Assembly (NCBI RefSeq): GCF_963921235.1
Contig: NC_086108.1
Location: forward strand, 4,588,001 to 4,652,000
Source of the DNA: Mobula hypostoma
Lineage: Eukaryota
DNA length: 64,000 nucleotides
Reading direction: 5' to 3'
Under the pieces are notes generated by a model. The model was not told the DNA's origin. It worked only from the letters and a program-made list of their open reading frames with translations, and made no database searches. Both the position numbers and the translations under genes were made by a program. Positions 49,870 to 61,074 of this stretch are shown here, in pieces. The first letter of the stretch is position 1, and each line of letters starts with the position of its first letter.

Positions 49870-50450
49870 ATGGTGATGTTGTATAAAATGTTGGTGAAGC
49901 CTAATTTGGAGTACTGTGTGCAGTTTTGGTCACCTACCTACAGGAAAGACGTAAATAATTTGAAAGAGTACAGAGAAAATTTTCTAGGGTGTTGCTGGGA
50001 CTGGAGGACCTGAGTTATAAGGAAAGACTGAATAGGTTAGGACTTTATTCCTTGGAACTTAGAAGATTGAGAGGAGATTTGATAGAGGTATACAAAATTA
50101 TGAGATATATAGATAAAGTAATTGCAGGCAGGCTTTTTCCACTGAGGTTGGGTGGGACTACAACCAGAGGTCATGGGCTAAGGGTGAAGGGTGAAAGGTG
50201 AACAGTTTAAAGAGAATAAGAGGGGAGCACTCAGAGAGTGGTGAGAGCATGGAATGAGACGCCAGGGCAAGTGGTGCACGCGAGCTCAATTTCAATGTTT
50301 AAGAGAAGTTTAGATAGGTACATGGGTAGGAGGGGTAGGAAGGGCTATTATCCGGCTGTAGGTCAATGTGAGTAGGCAGTTTAAATGGTTCAGCAAGGAC
50401 TAGATAGGTTGAAGGGCCTGTTTCTGTGCTGTATTTTTCTATGACTCTAA
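49870..50450 (+). mobile_element. CR1 3' fragment (intronic)
   Basis: LEYCVQFWSP...LRGDLIEVYKI...TRGH. Confidence 0.8.
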
Positions 50451-50753
50451 TCAATCTGTGTATATAAGCTAATTTTACATATATACATCCACAGTTAATC
50501 GTGAGGCCCTCTAAGGTTGGAGTTGACTATGGATGTTGTGTCCCAGCTGTCTAGATACGCAAGCCAGGGCAGTACAACATGGAGAGCAAGCTTCCCCTCC
50601 ACGCAGCTGATGAACCCAAAGGAACGGCAGAGACCGATGCAGTTTGGCAGCAGTGGCATCGCAGGAGTTGCCAGTCAGTGTTGAAGTCAGTAAAGGACTA
50701 CCCTTTATACTCTAGCTCCGGATGCTGGAGAATTACAAAAGGAAATTACTCAC

Positions 50754-50886
50754 CTGAGAATGTGAGGGGCTCTGGGAGAGTTCTGTTGCTCGAGGGCAAG
50801 GTGTGCGTGCGCAGGATTGTAGGCTGGTCCAAGGTCTGATCCAACAGAGGCATCATTTAATGAGAAGAGAGAAACTGCTCTCTGAA
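50754..50886 (-). CDS. SIPA1L3: SIPA1L3 coding exon: (V)QRAVSLFSLNDASVGSDLGPAYNPAHAHLALEQQNSPRAPHIL
   Basis: Acceptor ttctgttttccttctag, donor AG|gtgagt; 133 nt, phase 1 to 2. VQRAVSLFSLND is recalled as SIPA1L3-specific. Confidence 0.95.
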
Positions 50887-51362
50887 CTAGAAGGAAAACA
50901 GAATGGAATAATCACTGGAACGCCATGTTTTGGAGAAGTCTTCTGGGTTACTTGTTCACTGTCGTACCTCTGAACTGAAGGCCGGGGCACTGAAGGGGTG
51001 ACACCTGTTAGAGCATTTTTTGCATTAGCACATATAGTAAATAACTTCAGCAACCGATCTTCAGATCTGAATATATACAGTAGATTAACTAACCTGCAGC
51101 TCTGAACGATGGGTCCCCAAGAGCCATGAATCACAGTTAATTGGAAGAGCAGGCAACGCTTATTTAAATTCTTTATTTGGGAGTCATTTGGGGGTGTCTG
51201 TAGTGTGGGTGTGAAGGTTGTATGCAGTTCAAAGAAAGCTGTAAATATGGAATTGTCCTTTGATCTTTAGCATATAAAATGCCGTGTAGTGTTGTGTCCA
51301 ACAGACCTTCTTCCTCCAAAAGGGTCTCTAGATGAGGTGTGCTGTGTCTCGTTTTGTTGAAT

Positions 51363-52187
51363 TGTGACGGGATCCTGAATTATTCCTTATGAACTGTGCT
51401 TTTAAAAAGGGAGAGAGAGCTGCACAGCACCAACACCTTGTTATTGAGAGAGAGAGAGGCGAAGACTGCTCACAGTTTGTTTGGAATTTCTGCAAGGACA
51501 CTGCCGGCTTCTGAGTTGCTCCGGGGAGAGAAGGGAGGAGCTACTTGATGGACAGCTGGTGTTCAGCACAACAGTATTTAAACCAGCATAATTGCTTGTT
51601 TCACAGGACATGCAGACGCACAAGGGTGTGGTGAAGTTACCACTATCCTGTCCAGGTGCCCACAAGTGTGGGACTGAGGATCAATTCTGAGGGATCGATC
51701 TGTGATTATTAGTGCGTGAAAGAGTGACCCCGTGGAGTCTACCGGTGTGTCTAACCCTGGCCTGGGTTGGTAGACTACCACTTGAAGACGGTGCTTTTAA
51801 GTTGGTCAAGTTTGGCTAACTTGGAAGTTTCGGAGGACAACGGGAAGAATCGACGGCATCGGCTTACTCGAACAACCACAACACCTCTCTCTCTCCATCA
51901 CTACTCAACTCAATACCACGAACTGAACTGAACTTTACCCATCACCGTAAGACTGTATCCATTTACCCCTTGGCTTGAAGGAGCTTGTTTTTTTATATTT
52001 CCACATACGCACATATATATAAATATATATATAAAATCATTGCTAACCTGTTTGATATATCTGAATTTATATTACTGTATTGTGTAGTTACTAATAAATA
52101 GTTAACAGCTTTAGTTAACAGCAATACCAGACTCCAAGGTGTTTTGCATTTCTGCTGGTTCTTTAACCCGTCACGGGGTACGTGACA
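51363..52187 (+). mobile_element. Solo LTR (825 bp) in a SIPA1L3 intron
   Basis: TG...CA termini; perfect 4-bp TSD gaat; AATAAA at 52093. Confidence 0.8.
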
Positions 52188-53199
52188 GAATAAAGAGTCT
52201 GCTTCACATCTACCAATACTTTTCTCTGGTGACTTGGTTCATGTGACAACATTCGCCATTCCCACTGCCCAGACAGTCTGTCCTCGAGGAACAGAGCAAG
52301 TGACCACTTTGTAAAATCTCTGTTCAGTCCACAAGTTCGGCCATGAGTACCAGTCTCCTGTTACTGCCCCCACCTCACTCCCATCCTGACCGCTATCTGT
52401 GTGGACTCTCACTCCAGTCTAACAATTCCCAACAGAAATTCCAGAACCTGTGCCTCATCTCCCCTCCAGGCACGTCATAGCCCTTTGGGCTTAAAATTGA
52501 ATTCAACAATTTCAGATAACCTGTTGTTCCAGTTTGTTCTGCTTGGGCAGTCCTGATGTCACCACCTCCAAGATTTACTCCGTTCTTTTTTCACTCCTTT
52601 ACCCGGCTGGTTGGGTGTTCCTGACAATCTCTTCAGTTTCAGACTTCTAGTAACTCCAGTTTTCCTGCATCATTAATGTCTACTCTTTGTAACCAGGGAT
52701 CACTGATATCACATTCAGATCTAATGCTACCAATCACCAGTGAATATCCTCCATCAGTATTCCCCTTCCAATCTACTTGGAAAGTCTCTCAATTTGCTTT
52801 CACAGAAAAGCAAGCAGTTTCTGATGGTTGAATTGGTATACATTACCAATTTTCGAAAGCAAGGTTCTTAGCTCATTCTTCCACCATGAACTCCTTTGGC
52901 AGTTCAGTGAACCCTATGACAGGGTGGATCCTTGGGATCTCTCCCAAAGGAGGTGTAAGGTGCTCCTTCTCTCTGTGAGCCTTCCGTAGAAAAATTTGCC
53001 AAGCATTCATGGTCATGGAAAGAACATGATCACCCACGTCATATGACACGGCACAGAATAAACGAATAATTGACCGAGCTAAGTTTCAGTTAGAGGTTAG
53101 GGAAAGTAAAGGTGTAAACATTTTTCCATCCAAGTTCACAGGCCCCTGGAATATATCGGGGGTCTGTGGGCCCCAGGTTCAGAAACCCTGCTCTTGAAG

Positions 53200-53795
53200 C
53201 ACACATAAAAAGTGCTGGTGAACGCAGCAGGCCAGGCAGCATCTCTAGGAAGAGGTACAGTCGACGTTTCAGGCTGAGACCCTTCGTCAGGACTAACTGA
53301 AAGAAGAGGTTGAGAGAGATTTGAAAGTGGGAGAGGGAGGGGGAGATTTGAAATGATAGGAGAAGACAGGAGGGGGAGGGATGGAGCTAAGAGCTGGACA
53401 GGTGATTGGCAAAAGGGCCACGAGGCTGGAGAAGGGAGAGGATCATTGGACGGGAGGCCTAGGGAGAAAGAAAGGGGGAGGGGAGCTCAGAGGATGGGCA
53501 AGGAGTTATAGTGAGAGGGACAGAGGGAGAAAAAAAAGGAGAAATAAATAAATAAATAAATAAATAAATAACGGATGGGGTACGAGGGGGAGGTGGGGCA
53601 TTAACGGAAGTTAGAGAAGTCAACATTCACGCCATCAGGTTGGAGGCTACCCAGACGGAATATAAGGTGTTGTTCCTCCAACCTGAGTTTGGCTTCATCT
53701 TTACAGTAGAGGAGGCCGTTAATAGACATGTCAGAATGGGAATGGGACGTGGAATTAAAATGTGTGGCCACTGGGAGATCCTGCTTTCTCTGGCT
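53200..53795 (-). mobile_element. Penelope-derived repeat (pseudo-LTR); related copies at about 9225-9530 (-), 47245-47720 (+) and 57020-57115 (-)
   Basis: Reverse complement is homologous to 54890-55430 (ttaattccac.tcccattc, cctccaacctgatggc.tgaa, gatgctgcctgg). Confidence 0.8.
53258..53299 (-). ncRNA. Minimal type-I hammerhead ribozyme motif (Penelope pLTR type)
   Basis: Minus strand: AGUC-CUGACGA-AGG(GUCUCAG)CCU-GAAAC-GUC|GACU. Intact core boxes, 4-bp stem I, 3-bp stem II, and palindromic ACGU in place of stem III. Confidence 0.65.
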
Positions 53796-54589
53796 CTTGA
53801 AGTTTAAGTGACTGAAGTGAATCTTTCCTGAACTAGAGGCAAGAATGCACTGGGCATTCAGCCTATTTCCAGCTGATCAGCCCCACTTCAGGTGACAGAG
53901 TATCACTAAGCCTTTAACATAATATTTATTCCAATCACTCCTTTACTGAGGAAAATCCAGGTGTTGTTCTGTAGTTTGCATTGAGCCCAGGAGTTTGTCG
54001 GGCTTGAATTTGATGGGACAGAGCTGCATTTCATGGTGGTTTGGGCGAGATTAGAGTTTTGGAATAAATACAGATAAGGCCTGACAATGAAACGAAAGAA
54101 AACTGAGTTTTTTTTTGCTGCAGCCCTTTTGTTCCACTGTCAAACTCTATATTCAGGCGTCGGATTACCGCTTCAATTAACGATTTCCCTCTTTGTTTGT
54201 CTAGATGCAACCGAAAACCAATCCTGTTGTACAATTGATACTGGTCAACGATCAGCCTGTATAAAAGAATGCAGAGCCCCACCTTAGTGCCCAGTCTGCT
54301 GTGTTTTACTCTGTGATGGGATAATCCAGACTTTGTTTCACACAGTCTCAAGTCTCAGGATATTCAGAGGAGCTGAAGTACAGGGCCAACCATACCCAAG
54401 TGTCTCAGACCAGTTTGAGGTGTGAGGTGCGGCTCTCCCAGAGGTTTCAGGCTATCCGCGTGTTCGACTGCTGCGCCTTCTCACAACAGGAATATTGTAT
54501 CCACGTGTTTGGGCAGCACAGCAGTGTAACGGTTACCGCAACACTTTACAGTGCTCTCCATCAGGATTCAAAGCAAATCAAGTTTAGTT

Positions 54590-55430
54590 ATCACCACCCC
54601 ACGCTCTGCTTTTGCGACTCCCTTGTCCATTCATCCCTCCCCACCGATCTCCCTCCTCGCACTCGTCCTTGCAAGTGGAACAAATGCTGCACCTGCCCCT
54701 ACACCTCCTCCCTCACTTCCTTTCAGAGCCCCAAACGCCCTTACAGGTGAGGCCACACTTCACCTGTGAGCCTACTGGGGTCATATACTGTATCTGGTGC
54801 TCCCAGTGTGGCCTCCTGTATATTAGTGAGACCCGACATAGATTGAGAGGCCACTTCGTCAAACACCTATGCTCCATCTGCCAGAACTAGTGGGATCTCC
54901 CAGTGGCCACTTATTTTAATTCCACTTCCCATTCCCATTCCAATTTGTCAATCCATGCCCTCCTCCACTGTCGTGATGAGGCCACACTCAGGTTGGAGGA
55001 ACAACATGAACAACACTTAGGTAGCCTCCAACCTGATGGCATGAACATCAATTTCTCAAACTTCTGGTAATGTATCTTCCGCACACACCCCCTTCCCCAT
55101 CCCCTTTTCCCTCTCTCACCTTATCTCCTTGCTTGCCCATCGCCTCCCTTTGGTGCTCCTCCCCCTTTTCTTTCCTCCAGGGCCTTCGGCCCTCTTCTAT
55201 CAGCCCTGTATCTCTTTCGCTAAACAACTTCCCAGCTCTTCACTTTATCTGTTCCCCTCCTGGTTTCACCTATCACCTGCAGTTTCTCCCTCCCCTCCTC
55301 CACCTTTTAAATCTACTCCTCATCTTTTTTTCTCCAGTCCTGCCAAAGGGTCTCGGCCCAAAATGTCGACTGTACTTTTTTCCATCGATGCTGCCTGGTA
55401 TGCTGAGTTCCTCCAGCATTTTGAGTGTGT
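54590..55430 (+). mobile_element. Penelope-like element 3' part (GIY-YIG endonuclease remnant plus pseudo-LTR)
   Basis: FTCEPTGVIYCIWCSQCGLLYISET..RLR.HF..H is a GIY-YIG pattern; the tail is shared with other copies in the window. Confidence 0.8.
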
Positions 55431-55840
55431 AGCTTTAATTAAAATTCAACCTTATATGGAAACAACTGGATGAAACATTGTTCCTCTAGGGCCAAGGTAC
55501 AAAACGTACACAGCACAGTCAAAATAATGAACAAAACAAAACCACACATCTATAGCCCAAGACATTGAGGACCATGTCCTGCAAATTGATGGTACAGTTC
55601 CCAGCAATCCAGCATGTCATTCCACTAATCGAACACTGGAGGGCAGCACCAACAGGAGTGGCCAGTTTCCAACAAGCGCAGAAGCCACCCTACATCACCT
55701 CTGGCATCTCCTCACTTGGACTGCAGCAGCAGGCAAGCCCGTGGCTTGAGGCCTACTCCTTGCTACAACCAAGACCACGCAGCTCCCACACTGCCTGTCT
55801 CCCCACTAAACAAGGTAAACAGGCCTGCGGCATCTTACAT

Positions 55841-56598
55841 CAGCGGTTCCCAACCACTGGGCCGCAAAGCATGTGCTACCGGGCCGTGAGGAAATGATAT
55901 GAGTCAGCTGCACCTTTCCTCATTCCCTGTCATGCACTGTTGAACTTGAACATAGGGTTGCCAACTGTCCCGTATTTGCCGGGACATCCTGTATATTGGG
56001 CTAAATTGGTTTGTCTCATACAGGATCGCCTTTGTCCCATATTTCCCCCGCTAAGGTACAGTGTTCCTATGAAACCTTTCGTGCTGAAATGGCGTAAAGC
56101 GAAGAAGCGATTACCATTAGGGTTAGGGTTAGGGAAAAATTTTTAAGCGTTTCCAGACCCAAAAAATAACCTACCAAATCATACCAATAACACATAAAAC
56201 CTAAAATAACACTAACATATAGTAAAAGCAGGAATGATATGATAAATACACAGCCTATATAAAGTAGAAATAATGTATGTACAGTATAGTCGGAAAGATT
56301 AAGGCAAATCCGATTTGTGGAAAAAATCGGCAGGTACACGTCACGCATGCGCACACAGGTGCCCGTGCAAGGCTTCATGGTCATGGTAGAATTTCTCGGG
56401 GTAAACACTGTCCTGGTATTTGACTGCTACTTTTGTCCCTTATTTGAGAGTGAGAAAATTGGCAACCCTAACTGTAAAAGACATGTTGAGGTGAGTTTAA
56501 CCCTACTTGAACACTCCCCCCACCCCCGGTCGGCCGGTCCACCAGAATATTGTCAATATTAATCTGGTCTGTGGTGCAAAAAAGGTTGGGGACCCCCG
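55841..56598. mobile_element. Non-autonomous hAT (Buster/Charlie-type) element containing an internal TAGGGTTGCCA...TGGCAACCCTA element (55953-56470)
   Basis: TIRs cagcggttcccaacc / ggttggggacccccg; 8-bp TSD tcttacat/tcttagat (7 of 8 match). Confidence 0.75.
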
Positions 56599-57136
56599 TC
56601 TTAGATTATCAATGTCCAACAGGGTCTTGTGATTGCAAGAGGAACGTCCAAGACATAACCGCCGCTGTCCGTAACAAGTTTGTATCTTCACCTCGTGATG
56701 GTGTGGGTTCCCTCCAGGTGCTCCAGTTTCCTCCCACATTCCAAAAATGTACAGTTGGGGTTAGTGAACTGTGGGCATGCCATATTGGCGCCGGACACTT
56801 GTGGGCTGTGTTGGCTACTGACAAATCAAACTAATTTTCAGCTTTATATTTGAAATACATTTACCCGGAATAAGTAGTTGCAGGGTTTATGAGCCTGCAC
56901 TTCCACTTTGCCAGTTCTTTGATGGAAACTTGTCAATTGCCTTTATATCAGAGCAGGAACAACTAACTCCCAACCCTAAAACAAGTTGCCTTTAACAAAT
57001 TAACAAAATCCTGAGTAATGAACACAAAATGCCCGAGGAACGCATCAGGTCAGGCAACATCTATGGAGAGGAGTAAATAGTTGATGTTTCAAGCTGAGAC
57101 CCTTCATGAGGGATGAACTAAATCCTGACTAGGCAG

Positions 57137-57524
57137 TGTTGGAAACCACTGTGTTTTTTAATAATGCTTTTTAATAATAATGCAGCTAAACTAAAGGTTT
57201 ATTACCTTTCTCATTTTTCATTAGCACATTACCCACGTGATGTAATTGTTTTAATTATGTAGCCTATTAACTAATTTATCTCTCTCTTTAAGGAACTTCT
57301 CTTACCTATAAAAGTGGTAGACCTTCCAGAAGTGCCATCTTTATTCTTTTCTCTCAGCATTAATTCCCCCCTTAGCATCATTTCTCAGACCTTTATTTAG
57401 TTTGCTTAGTATTTACATGTTTGTTTGCACACTAAAATAAACTGTAATCTTGGAATTAAGACTGCTTGTCATTCTTGACTCCTGGAAGAACCCCGAGGAT
57501 CAGATATTAAACAGAGATCCAACA
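57137..57524 (+). mobile_element. Solo LTR (388 bp) in a SIPA1L3 intron
   Basis: Inverted termini TGTTGGA/TCCAACA; flanks gcag/gtag; TATAAAA at 57307; AATAAA at 57436. Confidence 0.75.
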
Positions 57525-58608
57525 GTAGATACGTTAAGGGCATTTAAGAGACTCATAGATAGGCATATGATGACAGAAAAATATTGGGCTACGTGGGGGG
57601 AAGAGTTATATTGGTCTTAGAGTAGGTTAAAGGGATTAGCACAACATTGTGGGCCGAAGGGCCTGTACTGTGCTGTATTGTTCTATGTTAAGGACAAATT
57701 CATCAGGGGTGATCTGCATTGAAGCTTCGCAACCTTGTGACAGGGTCTATGGAACTCTAGTGTCCTCCACTGACATGTAGCTTTACTGAGAGTCTCTACT
57801 GTCTCCCAGACACAGCCAAACAGATTAATGGTCAAGAAATCAACAACATTTATGTTTTTGGTTGAAGAAAATGCTGGAAATAGTAAACAGATACTACTAG
57901 TTCCTGATAGATTTCTGTATTTTATAATATATTTAATTAGGAATTTGAGGAGCTATACTATATCACAAAGACTCTAACAAAGAGCAAAATTCTACAGACG
58001 TACCATTCTAAATGGCTGCATCACTGTCTGGTATGGAGGGTACTAGACTGCCCACCATCAGGAAAGACCATGCCTCAAAAGGGGCCCTCCATCATTAAGA
58101 TGATGGCACTGACCGTGTGGATAGTCAGGGGCTTTTCCTCAGGGCTGAGATGGCTAGCACGAGAGGGCACAGGTTTAAGGTGCTGGGGAGTAGGTACAGA
58201 GGAGATGTCAGGGCCTGTATTGTGCTGTAGGTTTTCTATGTTTCCATTAAGGACCCCCATCACCCAGTATACACCGTGTTCTCATTGCTACCATCAAGGA
58301 GGTGATACAGGAGGCTGAAGACACACGCTCAACATTTCAGGAACAGCTTCTTCCTCTCCACTATCAGATTTGTGAATGGACAATGAGCCCATGAACACTA
58401 CCTCACTAGTTTTGCTATTTTTGTTTCCTTTTACACTACTTATTTTTTAAACTATATTTCTTATAATTTATTCATATTGAATGCATTGCAATGTCCTGCT
58501 GCAGCAAAAGATCACATTTCACAACAAATATTATTGATAACAAACTTGATTCAGATTCTGATAGATTTTTGTTTTAAATTGGGAAATTCTTCACGGAACG
58601 AGTCTTAC

Positions 58609-58755
58609 CCTCATATGCTTTGGCAACACTGACCAGGCTGGACCATTCCAGCTCTGTCTCCGGGTCTGGCAGTGGCATCAGTCCCGGATCGTTACGACGC
58701 ACAGGTAATCGGTCTCGCACATCACTCAGTGACAGCTCAGAGGCAGATATGTTAC
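58609..58755 (-). CDS. SIPA1L3: SIPA1L3 coding exon: (S)NISASELSLSDVRDRLPVRRNDPGLMPLPDPETELEWSSLVSVAKAYE
   Basis: Acceptor tctcttctgcccag, donor G|gtaaga; 147 nt, phase 1 to 1. Matches recalled SIPA1L3 ISASELSL...DPGLMPLPD...LEWSSLV..AKAYE. Confidence 0.95.
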
Positions 58756-59922
58756 CTGGGCAGAAGAGACAGTGCAGGATTAGCCACCAGAAATAAAAAT
58801 GGGGATCTTGTGATGAACTACCACAACTATCCCTTATAAAGGATGTGCTGACATTGGAGGGTTCAGAGGAGGTTCACGAGAATGGTTTAGCTCCTGCCAC
58901 ATTCCCAAAGATCATGCGTGAGTTATAAATCCCGTTTCTTAGGGCAGAATGGCAGCATCGCGGATAATGTAGGGACCAGTGTACAATTCCCGGTGCTCTC
59001 TGTAACGAGTTTCTACGTTCTCCCCAGCATGGGTTTTCCCCAGAATGTGCTGTTCCCTCCCACATTCCACAGACATGTGGGTCGATAGGTTAATTGGTGA
59101 AAGCATGTAATGGACTCATTGGACCGGAAGGAGCTGTTACGGTGATGTATCTCGAATAATAGTAATGACAAACTACCTTTATAGCAACTTCTATCTGAAT
59201 TGTGTAATCAACACCACAAAATGCTCAGAGCTGTCTCACAAGTAATATCTGAGTAAAATCTGACAGTGAAGTACTCAAGGCTATGGTAGGCCGGATGGCC
59301 TGAATATAGGCAAAGTGAGAAAGTTGGAGAGTTTAGTTAAGGAACTGGATTTCAAAATATAAAAGCCCATGTAGATGAGACTCCTCTGCCAATGGCAGTG
59401 ATGGGAATCAGGGGTAAGCAGGAGCCAGAATCAAGTTGTTTGTTTCTATGATATGGGTGATCATGGTCTTTCCATGACCATGATTGTTCTTGGCAAATTT
59501 TTCTACAGAAATGATTTGCTATTGCCGCCTTCTGGGCAGAGTCTTTACAAGACAGGTGACACCCAACCCATTATCAATACTGTTCAGAGATTGTCTGCCT
59601 GGTGTCAGTGGTCACATAACCAGGACTTGTGATATGCACCAGCTGCTCATACGACCATCCACCACCTGCTCCCATGGCTTCACTTGACCCTGATTTGTTG
59701 GGGGGTGGGGTGTATATCTTGCCCAAGGGTGACCAGCAGTCTAGTGGTTGGAAACCTTACATCTCCTTTGGTAGAGACGTTTCTGCACCTTGCAAACCTC
59801 TTTACATAATACACGAGTAAAATAAACAAAAAAAGACATGAATTAAAATTCCAAATTTATGAGGGCAAAGATCAAGCAATCAAGGAGTAGAAGCATCATC
59901 TTAATTCAGGTGAAACTCTTAC

Positions 59923-60127
59923 TTTTCTTTTCGTAGGTGGATGGGGGAGGCTGATTCAGCCTGCGAACGGGTAGTGTTTGGGATGGGTAGGTGCTGGTGA
60001 AGATGACGTCATTCGGCAGTGCCTGGTCGATGGCTGCGAGCTGGGAATTGGGGAAGGTCGGCTCCCTTCGGCCGCTGCAGATACTTTCATCAGACAGTGT
60101 CCTCTGTAGGCTCTTCCGTGAAGAATG
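59923..60127 (-). CDS. SIPA1L3: SIPA1L3 internal coding exon (SPAR C-terminal region): [68 protein letters not shown]
   Basis: Acceptor ttccttgctgttttctag, donor A|gtaaga; 205 nt, phase 0 to 1. The LQRTLSDES and LPND motifs are typical of SIPA1L C-termini. Confidence 0.93.
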
Positions 60128-60511
60128 CTAGAAAACAGCAAGGAAATTCCTTGTTTTTTAAATAAAAAAATACAAACAGGCGCACAGCAGGGTAAACAGT
60201 TCCTGTAAAATTTAGAAAAATGGAAGGCTACGAGGGAGGGGAGGGTTAGATAGAGTCGGTTAAAGGGTCTGCACAACATCGTGGGTTGAAGGGCCTGTAC
60301 TGTTCTTTGTAATTCACCAAATTCACTTCAACCATCAAAGTTCAAATTATATTTATTATTATATTATGTATATGCTACCATATACAGTACTGTCCAAATG
60401 TCTCAGGCACATATTTATGGCTAGAGTGCCTAGGGTGCACAGTACTGTAGTAATTTTATGTATTGCACTGTACTGCTGCCACAAAGAAAAACAAATTTCA
60501 TGACATTTGGT

Positions 60512-60822
60512 GGGTACGTGGCCAAGTGGTTAAGGCATTGGACTAGTGATCTGAAGGTCGTGAGTTCGAGCCCCAGCTGAGGAAACGTGTTGTGTCCTTG
60601 AGCAAGGCACTTGATCACACATTGCTCTGCAACAACACTGGTGCCAAGCTGTATGGGTCCTAATGCCCTTCCCTTGGACAACATTGGTGTTGTGGAGAGG
60701 GGAGACTTGCAGCATGGGCAACTGCTGGTCTTCCATATAACCTTGCCCAGGTCTGCAACCTGGAGAGTGAAGACTTTCAAGGCGCAGATCCATGGTCTCG
60801 CAAGACTAACGGATGCCTCTAC
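60512..60822 (+). mobile_element. tRNA-derived SINE inserted into a dispersed repeat
   Basis: A box TGGCCAAGTGG and B box GAGTTCGAGCC. The empty site is visible in the paralogous repeat at about 1762-1780. Confidence 0.75.
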
Positions 60823-61074
60823 TGTGAATGACGATAAACCTGATTCTGATATGGGTCTCTATTGTGGACTGAGTCAGATGAGGGGACATGGAGAGAGGAG
60901 TCATGGTTGGGAAAAGGGGAATGGAGGGGGTAGGGAGTGGGAAGCACCAGAAAGACATTCTGTAATGATCAATAAATCAATTATTTGTAATCAAATTACC
61001 TTGCCTGGTGTCTCGGTGATGGGTGTGTCTGCACCCTCACCACCCCCACCCACTTCCCCAGCATTCATTCTCTG

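Noticed and set aside
56117..56134. Interstitial telomere or chromosome-fusion site
   Set aside because: Only three hexamers, located inside a MITE.
43880..60127. Assignment to SIPA1L1 or SIPA1L2
   Set aside because: The terminal MDKK resembles SIPA1L2, but VQRAVSLFSLND, ISASELSL, GKVYQLEV and EQLRKFAE match SIPA1L3 as recalled. A phylogeny would settle it.
60512..60585. tRNA gene
   Set aside because: It has A and B boxes but a poor acceptor stem and continues into a SINE body, so it is a tRNA-derived SINE head.
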